From the IMG/VR virus record IMGVR_UViG_3300045988_068751: a stretch of DNA of 64,000 nt; one strand, written 5' to 3'. This document shows positions 18,416-27,185 of the stretch, piece by piece. Made by a program: the position numbers and the translations under genes. This DNA comes from a virus. The notes beneath the pieces are model-generated. The model worked only from the letters and a program-made list of their open reading frames with translations, did not search any database and had not been told where the DNA came from. The stretch's first letter is position 1. Each line of letters starts with the position of its first letter.

Positions 18416-18486
18416 AGAGGATTAGTTCAATGGTAGAAGGCTAGTTACAACTAGTAGTGGGAGTTCGAATCTCCCATCCTCTCCCA
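18416..18486 (+). tRNA. tRNA-like element with perfect T-arm (GGGAG-TTCGAAT-CTCCC), acceptor agaggat/atcctct and encoded CCA. The body is ~5 nt too short and the anticodon loop is only 6 nt (TTACAA); aberrant or pseudo-tRNA
   Basis: manual folding. Confidence 0.35.
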
Positions 18487-18565
18487 ATCATTTTAAAGTT
18501 TTGTATAGTTTAGGCTTGCCCCAGTCATGTTGTGAAACACACTTGGGCTTTTAATTAGTAAATTT

Positions 18566-18919
18566 ATGAATCAAAACGCAGTTAATTCTTTAAGGAATGC
18601 TAAGAGGCATATTCTTATTAGCGATGTTGATAAGTTCAATAGCCATTTATTGTATTACATATTAAATGTTATATATGGAACACATGACCATATTAAATTA
18701 AATACGATACGTGAAAGACTTGAACGTGAGCTTAAATGGTCATTGGACGAGCATATTCCTGATAAGGATGTAATTAGAGAATGGCTTGACAATGATTACC
18801 CTCTTATATGCATAACAGAGTTATCGTTTGACAGTTGTATTAAACTTGCCAACGATTTCCCAGATTATGAAATTGTAGTTTATAGTTGGATGAAACATGA
18901 AGGAAACTTACCATTTTAA
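18566..18919 (+). CDS. hypothetical protein
   Basis: ORF track. Confidence 0.5.
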   Translation: MNQNAVNSLRNAKRHILISDVDKFNSHLLYYILNVIYGTHDHIKLNTIRERLERELKWSLDEHIPDKDVIREWLDNDYPLICITELSFDSCIKLANDFPDYEIVVYSWMKHEGNLPF

Positions 18920-19055
18920 ATGGAATAAAAATAACTCCTAGGCTATTAAGTCTGTAATGGGTACGCTACTCAATGTAGCACAGGAAGATACTGATAGCTT
19001 TTTTGTTCAGGTTTGAGAGACCTCCTGGCATGAGAGGATAATCATGCCGTTCTAT

Positions 19056-19574
19056 GGGCCTAGATTTGGTTTTGACAGGCGATTACAAGTTAGTAAGACG
19101 TGTAGAGTTCGTACCAACTCTTTAATAATGATACAGCAATTTAAGTGGAAACACTGAAGTAAGAATGGCAGCCTAAGCTGCTGGCTTATCTATTAATTTA
19201 GCTCTAAGTCGGGTTAATTGGAGAGACCTAGAAACAGAAGAGGTGTGGGAAGAAGCGTATAGAGCAGCCCACTTAACTTGAAAGCCAAAGGTTAGTAAAG
19301 CTGAAATCTCCGCTACCTATCTATGGGTTACAAATAGAAACGTTCTCCAACGTAAATGGAGTGGTGGAGCGACCGTTCGGTCAAGCCCAGTTTGGTAGTT
19401 TGTGAACAACTAAGTCGTAGCCCTACGAGGGAGACGTAATTGGTGAATTAACACTCGGCTTCTTAGTAAAACTACCTACATGCTGAACTCAACAGCTGAT
19501 GTAATAAAATAGAGACACACGTAATCTTATTAATGAGGGTTGTTTGGACGGCGGTTCGACTCCGCCTAGGTCCA
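19056..19574 (+). ncRNA. ssrA: putative tmRNA (SsrA-like). The 5' end GGGCCUAGAUUUGGUUUUGACAGG resembles the E. coli tmRNA 5' end. Acceptor stem GGGCCUA/UAGGUCC carries G3-U70. The 3' T-arm is GGCGG-TTCGACT-CCGCC. The candidate tag ORF reads (A)GNTEVRMAA-stop, with the stop in the loop of a gcagc-cuaa-gcugc hairpin
   Basis: manual alignment to remembered E. coli SsrA 5' region and tag/helix-5 arrangement; 519 nt is longer than typical. Confidence 0.55.
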
Positions 19575-19623
19575 CTATTATTAACGTTTAAATATCAATT
19601 TTAGCTGAATTGGAACTATTAAA

Positions 19624-19905
19624 ATGAAAGCAAGGTTATTAAAGAAACTTCGCAAAGAATCAAAGAAACTGAAATTAATAAGAGGTGAGGATTATCAATA
19701 CATAGTTACTGATAGTCCTCATGATATATTAAGACCAAAGCTTGATACTTACTACAGTGGCACATACTACTGTGGTCAAGAATTATTATTTGACGAAGAT
19801 GTAATTGCATGGTTACATCAATGCAGACGTAATTGGATTCTGTCCGAGATTAAACGAATGCGTGTACATCTGCGTAAATCTCGAATTAGAATATATAAAG
19901 AGTAA
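19624..19905 (+). CDS. hypothetical basic protein
   Basis: ORF track. Confidence 0.45.
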   Translation: MKARLLKKLRKESKKLKLIRGEDYQYIVTDSPHDILRPKLDTYYSGTYYCGQELLFDEDVIAWLHQCRRNWILSEIKRMRVHLRKSRIRIYKE

Positions 19906-19931
19906 TTGTTTCACTAAAAGTTATTGAAATT

Positions 19932-20429
19932 ATGGGAAAGAGGTCAATATCCGACGATGACATCGTTCGGATTTTTAACACGGTAAAGGCAATGAATCCT
20001 GGGCCTTTTAAGATTACAGATGTAGTCAGGGATTTAAAGAAGAATGGCTTCCCAAGGCCAGAGAACTTCATGGCTGTTTTGCGTAAGCAGGGAGTGATTG
20101 AACCTGACGGTGCTATCTATACTAAAGGATTTATGTGGAAAGAACATGGCCCTTTGTATAAGACTAGAGTCATTGAATTGATAACTATCAGCAGGAAAGA
20201 AATGGCTAAGATACAGAGAGATGCGTATGCTAAGAGAATGGCTATTAAAGCTGGCACTTACGTAGCACCTCCTAAACCTAAGCCACAAGCTGAAATGGAA
20301 GCTGTTACAGAAGCGGAAGAAGACAAACATCTGATTCCTATTACACAAGCTGAAATGGAAGCAATCAAATTCCTGAAATCGAGAGGTTACAGAATCACTA
20401 AATTAATAACAGTTGAACAGATAGTATGA
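19932..20429 (+). CDS. hypothetical protein
   Basis: ORF track. Confidence 0.5.
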   Translation: MGKRSISDDDIVRIFNTVKAMNPGPFKITDVVRDLKKNGFPRPENFMAVLRKQGVIEPDGAIYTKGFMWKEHGPLYKTRVIELITISRKEMAKIQRDAYAKRMAIKAGTYVAPPKPKPQAEMEAVTEAEEDKHLIPITQAEMEAIKFLKSRGYRITKLITVEQIV

Positions 20430-21121
20430 AGTTTACAGTACAAGGGAACACGCCATTCAGTGCACATATTTGCCAATATCTATATGATTTGGAAAGCAAC
20501 TTTGCTAAGGAGAAATTATCATTGCCACTTAGTCAGATTATAGCTCATATCTTATATGGGACTAAGAGAATCAGACTTGGTAATGAAGCTATTCCGTCCG
20601 AAGCAATCACTATTTTGGAAGAATGTATTGAAGCTAATCAGCCAATACCAGTCAATTGTATCTTCGGCAGTTCTGAATCGGAGAAAGACTATGTTGATGT
20701 TGCTGAATTTCAATCTCTTCAAACGTTGAAGGATATAAGCAGGAGAGTTGCTAAATTCTACTATCCAGGCTTGAACATAAGACTAGATGTAGTAGGCGAT
20801 TCAAAATACGTTAGTAAGGTGATGAGACTGGCAACAGTCCTGGGTGGTTTTACCATAGGCACACACCAATCAGCTATTAACGTATCATTCGCTCACTACC
20901 GGCCAGCACACTATTATTATAAGTCTATTCCGTCTCGAAACATTCTACGAGGTGGATATGTTCCAGCTTGGGACGGTAGAGGTTATTTATACTTAGAATC
21001 CCCACATGATATTGTGAGTATGATAACTACAGCTGACAATCCTGATATTCTTTCGACGACTGTGGTGTTAGAAGCAAACGAAGAGACGGTAGACCTTCGT
21101 GTAGACTATCTAATACCGTAA
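20426..21121 (+). CDS. hypothetical protein (231 aa)
   Basis: ORF track; ATGA overlap. Confidence 0.55.
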   Translation: MKFTVQGNTPFSAHICQYLYDLESNFAKEKLSLPLSQIIAHILYGTKRIRLGNEAIPSEAITILEECIEANQPIPVNCIFGSSESEKDYVDVAEFQSLQTLKDISRRVAKFYYPGLNIRLDVVGDSKYVSKVMRLATVLGGFTIGTHQSAINVSFAHYRPAHYYYKSIPSRNILRGGYVPAWDGRGYLYLESPHDIVSMITTADNPDILSTTVVLEANEETVDLRVDYLIP

Positions 21122-21383
21122 ATCCACTATTGACGAATAGTGGTAGCAAAACTTGGTCTGAAGAACCAGTAGACATACTCCGGAGTGTGTCTATGACTTA
21201 AAGGCTATATCAAAGAGTTGAAACCTGTATCTATTCGAACAGTAGAAGTTCACCTGATTAAGCATCAGAAAACAGTAGTGCAAATCTACTATAGATATTG
21301 TGTAAGAGAGAATCTACACGGTCTGCATTATATAATCAGCATGCAGATAGGTCACCAAGCAAACCTCTTTCCTGCCTGGTCAA

Positions 21384-21440
21384 GTGTGCATTACGGTCTG
21401 TAAGTGGCGAGCGGGTTAACGTATGTCCGATTGCCGTAAT
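21384..21440. other. 9-bp inverted repeat gcattacgg ... ccgtaatgc enclosing a 39-nt loop, upstream of gene 21500
   Basis: seen directly. Confidence 0.3.
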
Positions 21441-21499
21441 GCCGCTTGTTTATTGTTTAGAATAAAGAAAGACTCTCATAACAATAAATTTAACAAGAG

Positions 21500-23194
21500 A
21501 TGGAAATGAAAGGAGCACAAAGGCCAAGGAGGCCTTACCCTAATGCCGCACGTCAAAGGCGGGATGAGAATAAACCTAAGTTTGTGGATAATAATCAGTT
21601 ATTCATAGACCAGTTTGTTAATCTTAAGAAATGTCTTCAGCCACGTACCTACGTGCAAGTGGCTAAAGATATGTATCCTTTATGGAAAGCTAATCCATTA
21701 CTATGTACTAAGTTTACTGCATATACGAGAATGATAACTCGTAAATGTAGAATAACTACCCCGGAAGGAGTTATACAACTTGATACACAGCAAGGAGAAG
21801 GTTTGAAGAATGAAGGTATAATGAGAATGTTGTGGTTGGCAATCTATCACAAACCCACATTCCATGCCAACATTGCTTATTTTGCAGCAGCTGGATGCTG
21901 GAAAGATTTCATTACTATGATGGCTTTAGATGTTCAACTCCATGGCTTTAAGCACAGATTGGATTGGGACTTCTTCAAGAAAGTCATATTCGCAGGTCTT
22001 GCCAACGGTCAGACATGTGATTTAGTAAAGAAGTATCTTCCTCGTGTTCGTTCCAGTGTTGCATGTAAGACAGATGAGGCAAAAGCACGTAACACAGTAG
22101 CCAAATTCTTGGCGGAAGGCCTTTATGGTAAACCTAAGGATGAAGGAGACTATTCAACCTATCGTAAATATAGGAAGATGAAGAATAGCGGGAAAGCAGC
22201 CCAATGGCAGCAGTTAATCAGTCAAAAGAAATTCTTGGAAATTGATTTTGACACTGTTACTGGAAAGGCGCTGGCACAGCTAGTAGGCTCTAAATTCCTC
22301 AAACATCAAGGTCTTAAAGAGAAGTATCAGAACTGGTTGAAGAACCGTAAGAAGCCCTCTAATAGCGGATTTCTACATACTCTGTTCAAACCATACGGAT
22401 TGGATAAAATTGCCGAAGAGATTCCAGAATTTATGGAAACTTCTATTAATGCAAGTTTCAATGTATTTGTTGATAATGCTAAACGCAATAGAGTAGCTCC
22501 GTTGTTGGTAGTAAGAGATATAAGTCATTCTGCTAATGGTGAGATAGAGAATAGCGAAACATCTGCTTACAGTTTGGGTAAAGCATATGCTTTATATCAT
22601 TCTGAATTACTTCCTACAATATTCAAGAACTCCTATGCCGTGTTAGAGGATAACATGGTTCTACGTAAGTTCAAAGGTCAGAATGTCATTGAGAAATGGA
22701 AATCTGACAAAGAAGAAGCATTATGCCAGAATCCTTCTATTATTAATATAGCAGAAATGCTGTGTAAAATGAAAGAAGATTATGGTGTGGATGAAGGAGA
22801 GTTCCCTAGAGGCTGTGTGGTAATTACTAACCATACATATTTTACCAAGTTGAACAACCAAGCATTCGTGGAATTTAAGCAAAGACTGCTTAAAGCAAAT
22901 TTCAGTAAGGAATTTGTAAGAGCATTCAAAGTTATCATTTGGAGAGTTCCTTTAGCATATAAGGGAAGACCTAATGTGGCTTTGGTTCCAGGAGTGTCAA
23001 ATTGCTTCTTAGTAAATGGACTTAATAATTCAACATCCTCATTTATTACTGGAGAGAAGAGGTTCCAGGTGCCTAAAACCACTAGAGACATCTTTAAGCA
23101 TGCTATGAATCAAGAGTTGCTTAATATGATGATTCTAGAGAAGGATGTTGTCAAGAAGAATGCAAGCGTGCAGAAGAAGCCTGTGAAGGCCTAA
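21500..23194 (+). CDS. hypothetical protein (564 aa)
   Basis: ORF track; no motif recognised. Confidence 0.6.
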   Translation: MEMKGAQRPRRPYPNAARQRRDENKPKFVDNNQLFIDQFVNLKKCLQPRTYVQVAKDMYPLWKANPLLCTKFTAYTRMITRKCRITTPEGVIQLDTQQGEGLKNEGIMRMLWLAIYHKPTFHANIAYFAAAGCWKDFITMMALDVQLHGFKHRLDWDFFKKVIFAGLANGQTCDLVKKYLPRVRSSVACKTDEAKARNTVAKFLAEGLYGKPKDEGDYSTYRKYRKMKNSGKAAQWQQLISQKKFLEIDFDTVTGKALAQLVGSKFLKHQGLKEKYQNWLKNRKKPSNSGFLHTLFKPYGLDKIAEEIPEFMETSINASFNVFVDNAKRNRVAPLLVVRDISHSANGEIENSETSAYSLGKAYALYHSELLPTIFKNSYAVLEDNMVLRKFKGQNVIEKWKSDKEEALCQNPSIINIAEMLCKMKEDYGVDEGEFPRGCVVITNHTYFTKLNNQAFVEFKQRLLKANFSKEFVRAFKVIIWRVPLAYKGRPNVALVPGVSNCFLVNGLNNSTSSFITGEKRFQVPKTTRDIFKHAMNQELLNMMILEKDVVKKNASVQKKPVKA

Positions 23195-23357
23195 GTATTT
23201 CGCGCACCGTTTATTTAATAGTTGAATTAATGTTCTGATTGGATAGAAGATAGATTTCATTATGCATGGAGAAGAGCGCATATTTGGTATAGTAATCTTT
23301 GTGCATATCTAGTAACACTAGGTGGGAATTTATTGGATGATTCCATAGGGACTGGAT

Positions 23358-23431
23358 AGAGATATAGTTCAGTGGTAGAACAGCTAAAGTCAATCTTTAG
23401 AAGAACATCAGTTCGAATCTGGTTATCTCTA
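23358..23431 (+). tRNA. tRNA, anticodon uncertain (loop gUCAAuc, reads as CAA, but positions 32/37 atypical and no long variable arm)
   Basis: acceptor agagata/tatctct, D-stem gttc/gaac, T-arm atcag-TTCGAAT-ctggt. Confidence 0.5.
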
Positions 23432-23533
23432 CACCATTTTATTAATATGATTCTTTCAACATATGCAGTGTCATTTCTATCTCGACTCATAGTCATTATT
23501 ACGAGTTAAAGTATCTGCAATTGTTGAATAACT

Positions 23534-23571
23534 ACTAAGCTCATCGGTTCGAGAGAATATGTGAGCTTAGT
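23534..23571 (+). other. hairpin family member H1: stem actaagctca/tgagcttagt, loop tcGGTTCGAGAGAATAtg
   Basis: see findings. Confidence 0.5.
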
Positions 23572-23681
23572 TTAATACCGAGCAAACTTCTATCGTATTT
23601 AATACATATTAACTTTTACATGTGGGGAAGATTCATTACCTTTGCACTCACAATTCACAGTTAATATGGATTGTGTGATTC

Positions 23682-23764
23682 GGGTATGCGCCAGAGTTGG
23701 AGAGCTGGGGCGGTCTGTAAAACCGTTGCCTATGGCTGAGTAGGTTCGAATCCTACCATGCCCA
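23682..23764 (+). tRNA. tRNA-Tyr (anticodon GTA), type II
   Basis: acceptor gggtatg/catgccc, anticodon arm gcggt-cuGUAaa-accgt, long variable arm, T-arm gtagg-TTCGAAT-cctac. Confidence 0.8.
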
Positions 23765-23817
23765 CTCACACTGCGATAATTAAATACAATATCTGTTGAG
23801 GTCAAACTCGACAAACC

Positions 23818-23845
23818 CTTCTATGGTTCGAGAGAATAGTAGAAG
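23818..23845 (+). other. hairpin family member H2: stem cttcta/tagaag, loop tGGTTCGAGAGAATAG
   Basis: see findings. Confidence 0.5.
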
Positions 23846-23865
23846 TAAACTGCGGGATTCGTATA

Positions 23866-24204
23866 ATGGTTATTATAACAGCCTTCCAAGCTGAAGATGA
23901 CAGTTCAATTCTGTTATCCCGCTCATTATTAATAATAGATGAGATTATGAAAGAGACATCATTTAAGGCAGGTGTTATTGGTGGATTATGTGGAGTATTT
24001 ACCTTCTTGGCATTATTTGCAACCACAAGTAAAGCATCAATTAATGAGTCTGCTGCTACTAATGGAGATTATAAAATCAACAGAGTGCAGTATGAATTTA
24101 TTAATGAACTAACCATTTATAAGGTATCAGGTCCTGGTATTCCAGGTATTAAGTATGTGCTTAGAGATTCCGAGAAAGGTGGTTTATGTGTATTGAATCC
24201 ATGA
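23866..24204 (+). CDS. hypothetical protein (possible later start at MKETSF with signal-peptide-like segment)
   Basis: ORF track. Confidence 0.4.
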   Translation: MVIITAFQAEDDSSILLSRSLLIIDEIMKETSFKAGVIGGLCGVFTFLALFATTSKASINESAATNGDYKINRVQYEFINELTIYKVSGPGIPGIKYVLRDSEKGGLCVLNP

Positions 24205-24482
24205 GTGAACACTGTCTTATTAAGAAGAATACTCCAGAACTTCGTAAGAAACTAGAGGATGCTGGGTTAAGTGTGTGTATATGTACTACATTTGAGGATG
24301 CTGATTGGCTTAGTTGCTGGGGTTCTCATATGTCATATGATATACATGGTGTGTATCCGGATGACGTGGACGATTTGTCTAAAGAAGCCTATCTGGAGAT
24401 GTATCTCAAGGAAACGAATCCGATTATATGTGAATCGGATGATGAGTTTATTAACATGTGTAAACAAATTAAAGGAAAATGA
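24186..24482 (+). CDS. hypothetical acidic protein
   Basis: ORF track. Confidence 0.45.
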   Translation: MCIESMSEHCLIKKNTPELRKKLEDAGLSVCICTTFEDADWLSCWGSHMSYDIHGVYPDDVDDLSKEAYLEMYLKETNPIICESDDEFINMCKQIKGK

Positions 24483-24571
24483 TTATGCGGTAGATTACTT
24501 ACAAGCCACCATAAGATAGTTGATTATTAATTAAGGCAATTTATTTATTAACTTATTAACAATTAACTATT

Positions 24572-24910
24572 ATGGCAACAATTAAACAATTTAAACAAGA
24601 AATCGCGAATTTAGTAAAAGCACAGAAGGCAGCTAAAAACATTAATGACTGCTCATCAGTTTATTACAACAGAGGAAGATTACATGCAATGTATGTAGCT
24701 TATTACATATTAAAGCATAAACTAATCGGAGAAGCTATGAATGAGTATCTAGCTAAAGTTATCAAAGAATGGAAATCACTTGAAACTCAAGGTTGGTGTG
24801 GTTATTCTAAGATGTATAGTGGAGAGAAGTATTTCCGAGAAAGAGTTGATTCACTGATTGATACATATTCTGATGAAGAGATTGTATGTGCTGATAGACC
24901 AGAAGCTTGA
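24572..24910 (+). CDS. hypothetical protein
   Basis: ORF track. Confidence 0.5.
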   Translation: MATIKQFKQEIANLVKAQKAAKNINDCSSVYYNRGRLHAMYVAYYILKHKLIGEAMNEYLAKVIKEWKSLETQGWCGYSKMYSGEKYFRERVDSLIDTYSDEEIVCADRPEA

Positions 24911-25160
24911 TGCAGTTTATGGTTGTGTACAAGGAGGTCATGCAGTAGCGCAGTGGTTATTAGAACATCCTAAGCAGGATTGGAATAATAGCTATTTAAT
25001 CTACTTATATGCAGACTTAGACAAATGGAAAGTAAGATTAGACTTAGTAAATAAGGACTATTCTTCATTCTATGAACCAGACCTTGGTAATCAATTAACA
25101 GCAATCGCATTACAAGATGACGGTCGCATGTTCAAGAAACTTAAATTAGTAAGAGAATGA
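24858..25160 (+). CDS. hypothetical protein
   Basis: ORF track (overlaps the previous ORF in another frame). Confidence 0.4.
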   Translation: MIHILMKRLYVLIDQKLDAVYGCVQGGHAVAQWLLEHPKQDWNNSYLIYLYADLDKWKVRLDLVNKDYSSFYEPDLGNQLTAIALQDDGRMFKKLKLVRE

Positions 25161-25462
25161 TATACAAACGAGATTATTATGTCAGTATAGGTGACGAACA
25201 GGTAATTATTACTAAGAACGCCATTATGCCATATAATGTAATGGAGCCTAGAAACAAATACTTTTATAAAGTTGGAGATAAGGTTTTAACTCCGTTCGGA
25301 ATACAAACTATTAAGGACATTATAAAGGATTATAGTTCTCAACCAGGTCATGAATGGATTATCCTAGTAGAGGAGAATGGCAATCAGTATAAGCCGTGTG
25401 AGTTAATTGGCATAGTAGTCAAGGAACTTACACTTGAACAGTGGAATCAAATTATCGAATAG
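25157..25462 (+). CDS. hypothetical protein
   Basis: ORF track. Confidence 0.5.
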   Translation: MIYKRDYYVSIGDEQVIITKNAIMPYNVMEPRNKYFYKVGDKVLTPFGIQTIKDIIKDYSSQPGHEWIILVEENGNQYKPCELIGIVVKELTLEQWNQIIE

Positions 25463-25501
25463 TTGATGAGTTGTGGGTAATCTCGTAAAACCCTCTGTCG
25501 C

Positions 25502-25573
25502 CCCATTACTTCAGTGGTAGAAGAGCAAATTCTAAACTTGTATGGCGTTGGTTCGAGTCCAACATGGGGCACT
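25502..25573 (+). tRNA. tRNA with CUA anticodon (amber-suppressor-type; loop UUCUAAA with U33, A37), type I, amino-acid identity unknown
   Basis: acceptor gccccat/atggggc, D cttc/gaag, anticodon stem gcaa(a)/(c)ttgt with one A-C mismatch, T-arm gttgg-TTCGAGT-ccaac. Confidence 0.7.
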
Positions 25574-25576
25574 TGC

Positions 25577-25653
25577 GGAAGAATGAAACGGATATATAAA
25601 TCATACTAGTCTCATAAGCTAGTTATATTGGGTTCGACTCCCATTTCCGCAAC
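25577..25653 (+). tRNA. tRNA with CAT anticodon (Met/Ile2/fMet) and an unusually long D-loop
   Basis: acceptor gcggaag/tttccgc, anticodon arm ctagt-cuCAUaa-gctag, T-arm tggg-TTCGACT-ccca. Confidence 0.5.
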
Positions 25654-25689
25654 TACAGTCATTGTACATTTGCATTTTCCAAATGCTAA

Positions 25690-25752
25690 GAAGACAAACA
25701 GCAATTTCCTGTATGTTGGCATAAGTAAATGAATCTATTGTCTTCTGATGAT
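25690..25752 (+). ncRNA. tRNA-leader structured element copy 1 (stem gaagaca/tgtcttc, loop begins aacagcaa, tail TGATGAT) immediately 5' of tRNA-Ile
   Basis: see findings. Confidence 0.55.
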
Positions 25753-25826
25753 GGGTGTGTAGCTCAGTCGGTTAGAGCACATCTCTGATAAGGATGAGGT
25801 CCCTGGTTCAATTCCAGGCACACCCA
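25753..25826 (+). tRNA. tRNA-Ile (GAT)
   Basis: acceptor gggtgtg/cacaccc, D gctc/gagc, anticodon arm catct-cuGAUaa-ggatg, T-arm cctgg-TTCAATT-ccagg. Confidence 0.85.
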
Positions 25827-25857
25827 CAATACAACAATTTTCAATAGCTTTGAATAA

Positions 25858-25928
25858 GAAGTCTTACAGCACGAAAGAAAGTGTTTCATATTTTATGATT
25901 TTAATTAAACTAAGAGACTTCTGTAGTC
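25858..25928 (+). ncRNA. tRNA-leader structured element copy 2 (stem gaagtct/agacttc, loop begins tacagcac, tail TGTAGTC) 5' of tRNA-Pro
   Basis: see findings. Confidence 0.55.
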
Positions 25929-26001
25929 CGGGATGTAGTTCAGTAGATAGAATGCGTGGTTTGGGACCACGAGGTCGCTGGTTTGAATCCAGTCATCCCG
26001 A
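25929..26001 (+). tRNA. tRNA-Pro (TGG)
   Basis: acceptor cgggatg/catcccg, anticodon arm cgtgg-uuUGGga-ccacg, T-arm gctgg-TTTGAAT-ccagt. Confidence 0.85.
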
Positions 26002-26046
26002 CCCCCTGTAGCATCCAAGAGAGGATGCTGATAATCCCATAATAAT

Positions 26047-26076
26047 AAATGTGGACAACTACTCCGTTCGTGAGAA
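26047..26076 (+). other. hairpin family member H3: stem aactact/agtagtt, loop cCGTTCGTGAGAATAG
   Basis: see findings. Confidence 0.5.
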
Positions 26077-26224
26077 TAGAGTAGTTTTAATAAGAACCAT
26101 AATTAACACAATAATATATAGTTTCACTAAACAATCATCAAATCAACTCAACAATCAACCCAACAACTTTTATTATGATTTGATTAACCTGTTTCATAGT
26201 TAAGCCCATAAGTCGTATTGATAT

Positions 26225-26296
26225 GTGGGCTTGCCCGAGAGGTTTAGGGGCTGGTCTGCAAAACCAGTTAGGACGGTTCGATTCCGTCAGCCCACT
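26225..26296 (+). tRNA. tRNA-Cys (GCA), discriminator U
   Basis: acceptor gtgggct/agcccac, anticodon arm ctggt-cuGCAaa-accag, T-arm gacgg-TTCGATT-ccgtc. Confidence 0.8.
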
Positions 26297-26316
26297 CTCG
26301 ATTTAGTGAAACATAA

Positions 26317-26379
26317 GAAGGCGTACAGCACTAATCATTGTACAGTTTACATGTTTTTGATAACGCGCCTTCTGTGGAT
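26317..26379 (+). ncRNA. tRNA-leader structured element copy 3 (stem gaaggcg/cgccttc, loop begins tacagcac, tail TGTGGAT) 5' of tRNA-Lys
   Basis: see findings. Confidence 0.55.
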
Positions 26380-26451
26380 GATTCCGGAGCATGTATGGAT
26401 ATGCTATAGACTTTTAATCTATAGAACAGGGTTCAAGTCCCTGCGGAATCA
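26380..26451 (+). tRNA. tRNA-Lys (TTT)
   Basis: acceptor gattccg/cggaatc, D gcat/atgc, anticodon arm ataga-cuUUUaa-tctat, T-arm caggg-TTCAAGT-ccctg. Confidence 0.85.
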
Positions 26452-26492
26452 CATATGTACTAAGATTGTACATGATGTCAAAGAACGAGTTT

Positions 26493-26522
26493 AACCACTC
26501 AGTCTGTGAAGATAGAGTGGTT
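26493..26522 (+). other. hairpin family member H4: stem aaccact/agtggtt, loop cAGTCTGTGAAGATAG
   Basis: see findings. Confidence 0.45.
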
Positions 26523-26556
26523 TATTTAGATTATTAATTTAAAATCAGATACATTT

Positions 26557-26700
26557 ATGAGTAAGATTATTGGAGTATTGTTAGTAATTGGTTCTGTTAT
26601 AGGAACAGTTGCTTGTATAGCTCAACATCAATTTAATCCATTCACTGGAGTATTATTGTTGCTAGTATTTTGCTTTGGTTGCTGTTTAGCGATGAGCTAG
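26557..26700 (+). CDS. small hydrophobic membrane protein (~47 aa, MSKIIGVLLVIGSVIGTVACIAQHQFNPFTGVLLLLVFCFGCCLAMS)
   Basis: manual ORF. Confidence 0.3.
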   Translation: MSKIIGVLLVIGSVIGTVACIAQHQFNPFTGVLLLLVFCFGCCLAMS

Positions 26701-26875
26701 ATTATTTATTTATTGACTAAAACTGATGTATTATGAGACTATTTAAGTTAATTAAGAAAGCAGTTCGTTGGTATTTCAAAGTGTCAGCTGATAGCTACAC
26801 GTGGTATCCAACAGGAGTAGTTCCTTACCATAGGGATTAACTCCGATGCAATCGGGATAGGTCAATTAAACATTT

Positions 26876-26950
26876 GGGAAGGAAGCTTAAGTGGTATACA
26901 GCTGCGGCCTGTTAAGCCGAAGATAGCGAGTTCGAGTCTCGCCCTTCCCG
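26876..26950 (+). tRNA. tRNA-Asn (GTT)
   Basis: acceptor gggaagg/ccttccc, anticodon loop cuGUUaa, T-arm gcgag-TTCGAGT-ctcgc. Confidence 0.75.
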
Positions 26951-27064
26951 CATTATTAACATTAAATTATAAGATTATGCATAGTTTTGGTGCTTACATT
27001 GTGGGAGCTATAGTGCTAGTAGTACTGTATTATATCTTTAAAGATTCCACAATCTAGAATTGAT

Positions 27065-27139
27065 GCGTCCTTAGCTCAATCGGTAGAGCCCCTGTCTCCA
27101 AAACTGGGTGTGTTGCATGTTCGAGTCGTGCAGGGCGTG
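27065..27139 (+). tRNA. tRNA-Trp (CCA)
   Basis: acceptor gcgtcct/agggcgt (two G-U), D gctc/gagc, anticodon loop cuCCAaa, T-arm gcatg-TTCGAGT-cgtgc. Confidence 0.65.
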
Positions 27140-27185
27140 CATGGTAGAAAATAGATAGGTTATCTATTAATTAGAATTACTAAAT

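Noticed and set aside
25745-25751. CUGAUGA immediately 5' of tRNA-Ile and tRNA-Arg(TCT) (also 28745-28751) as possible hammerhead cores
   Set aside because: No GAAA / stem II / stem III arrangement follows in any circular permutation. These are part of the tRNA-leader element and vary to CUGUGGA in other copies.
26225-26494. ORF-track CDS of 89 aa
   Set aside because: Lies entirely over tRNA-Cys, the tRNA-Lys leader element and tRNA-Lys; judged spurious.
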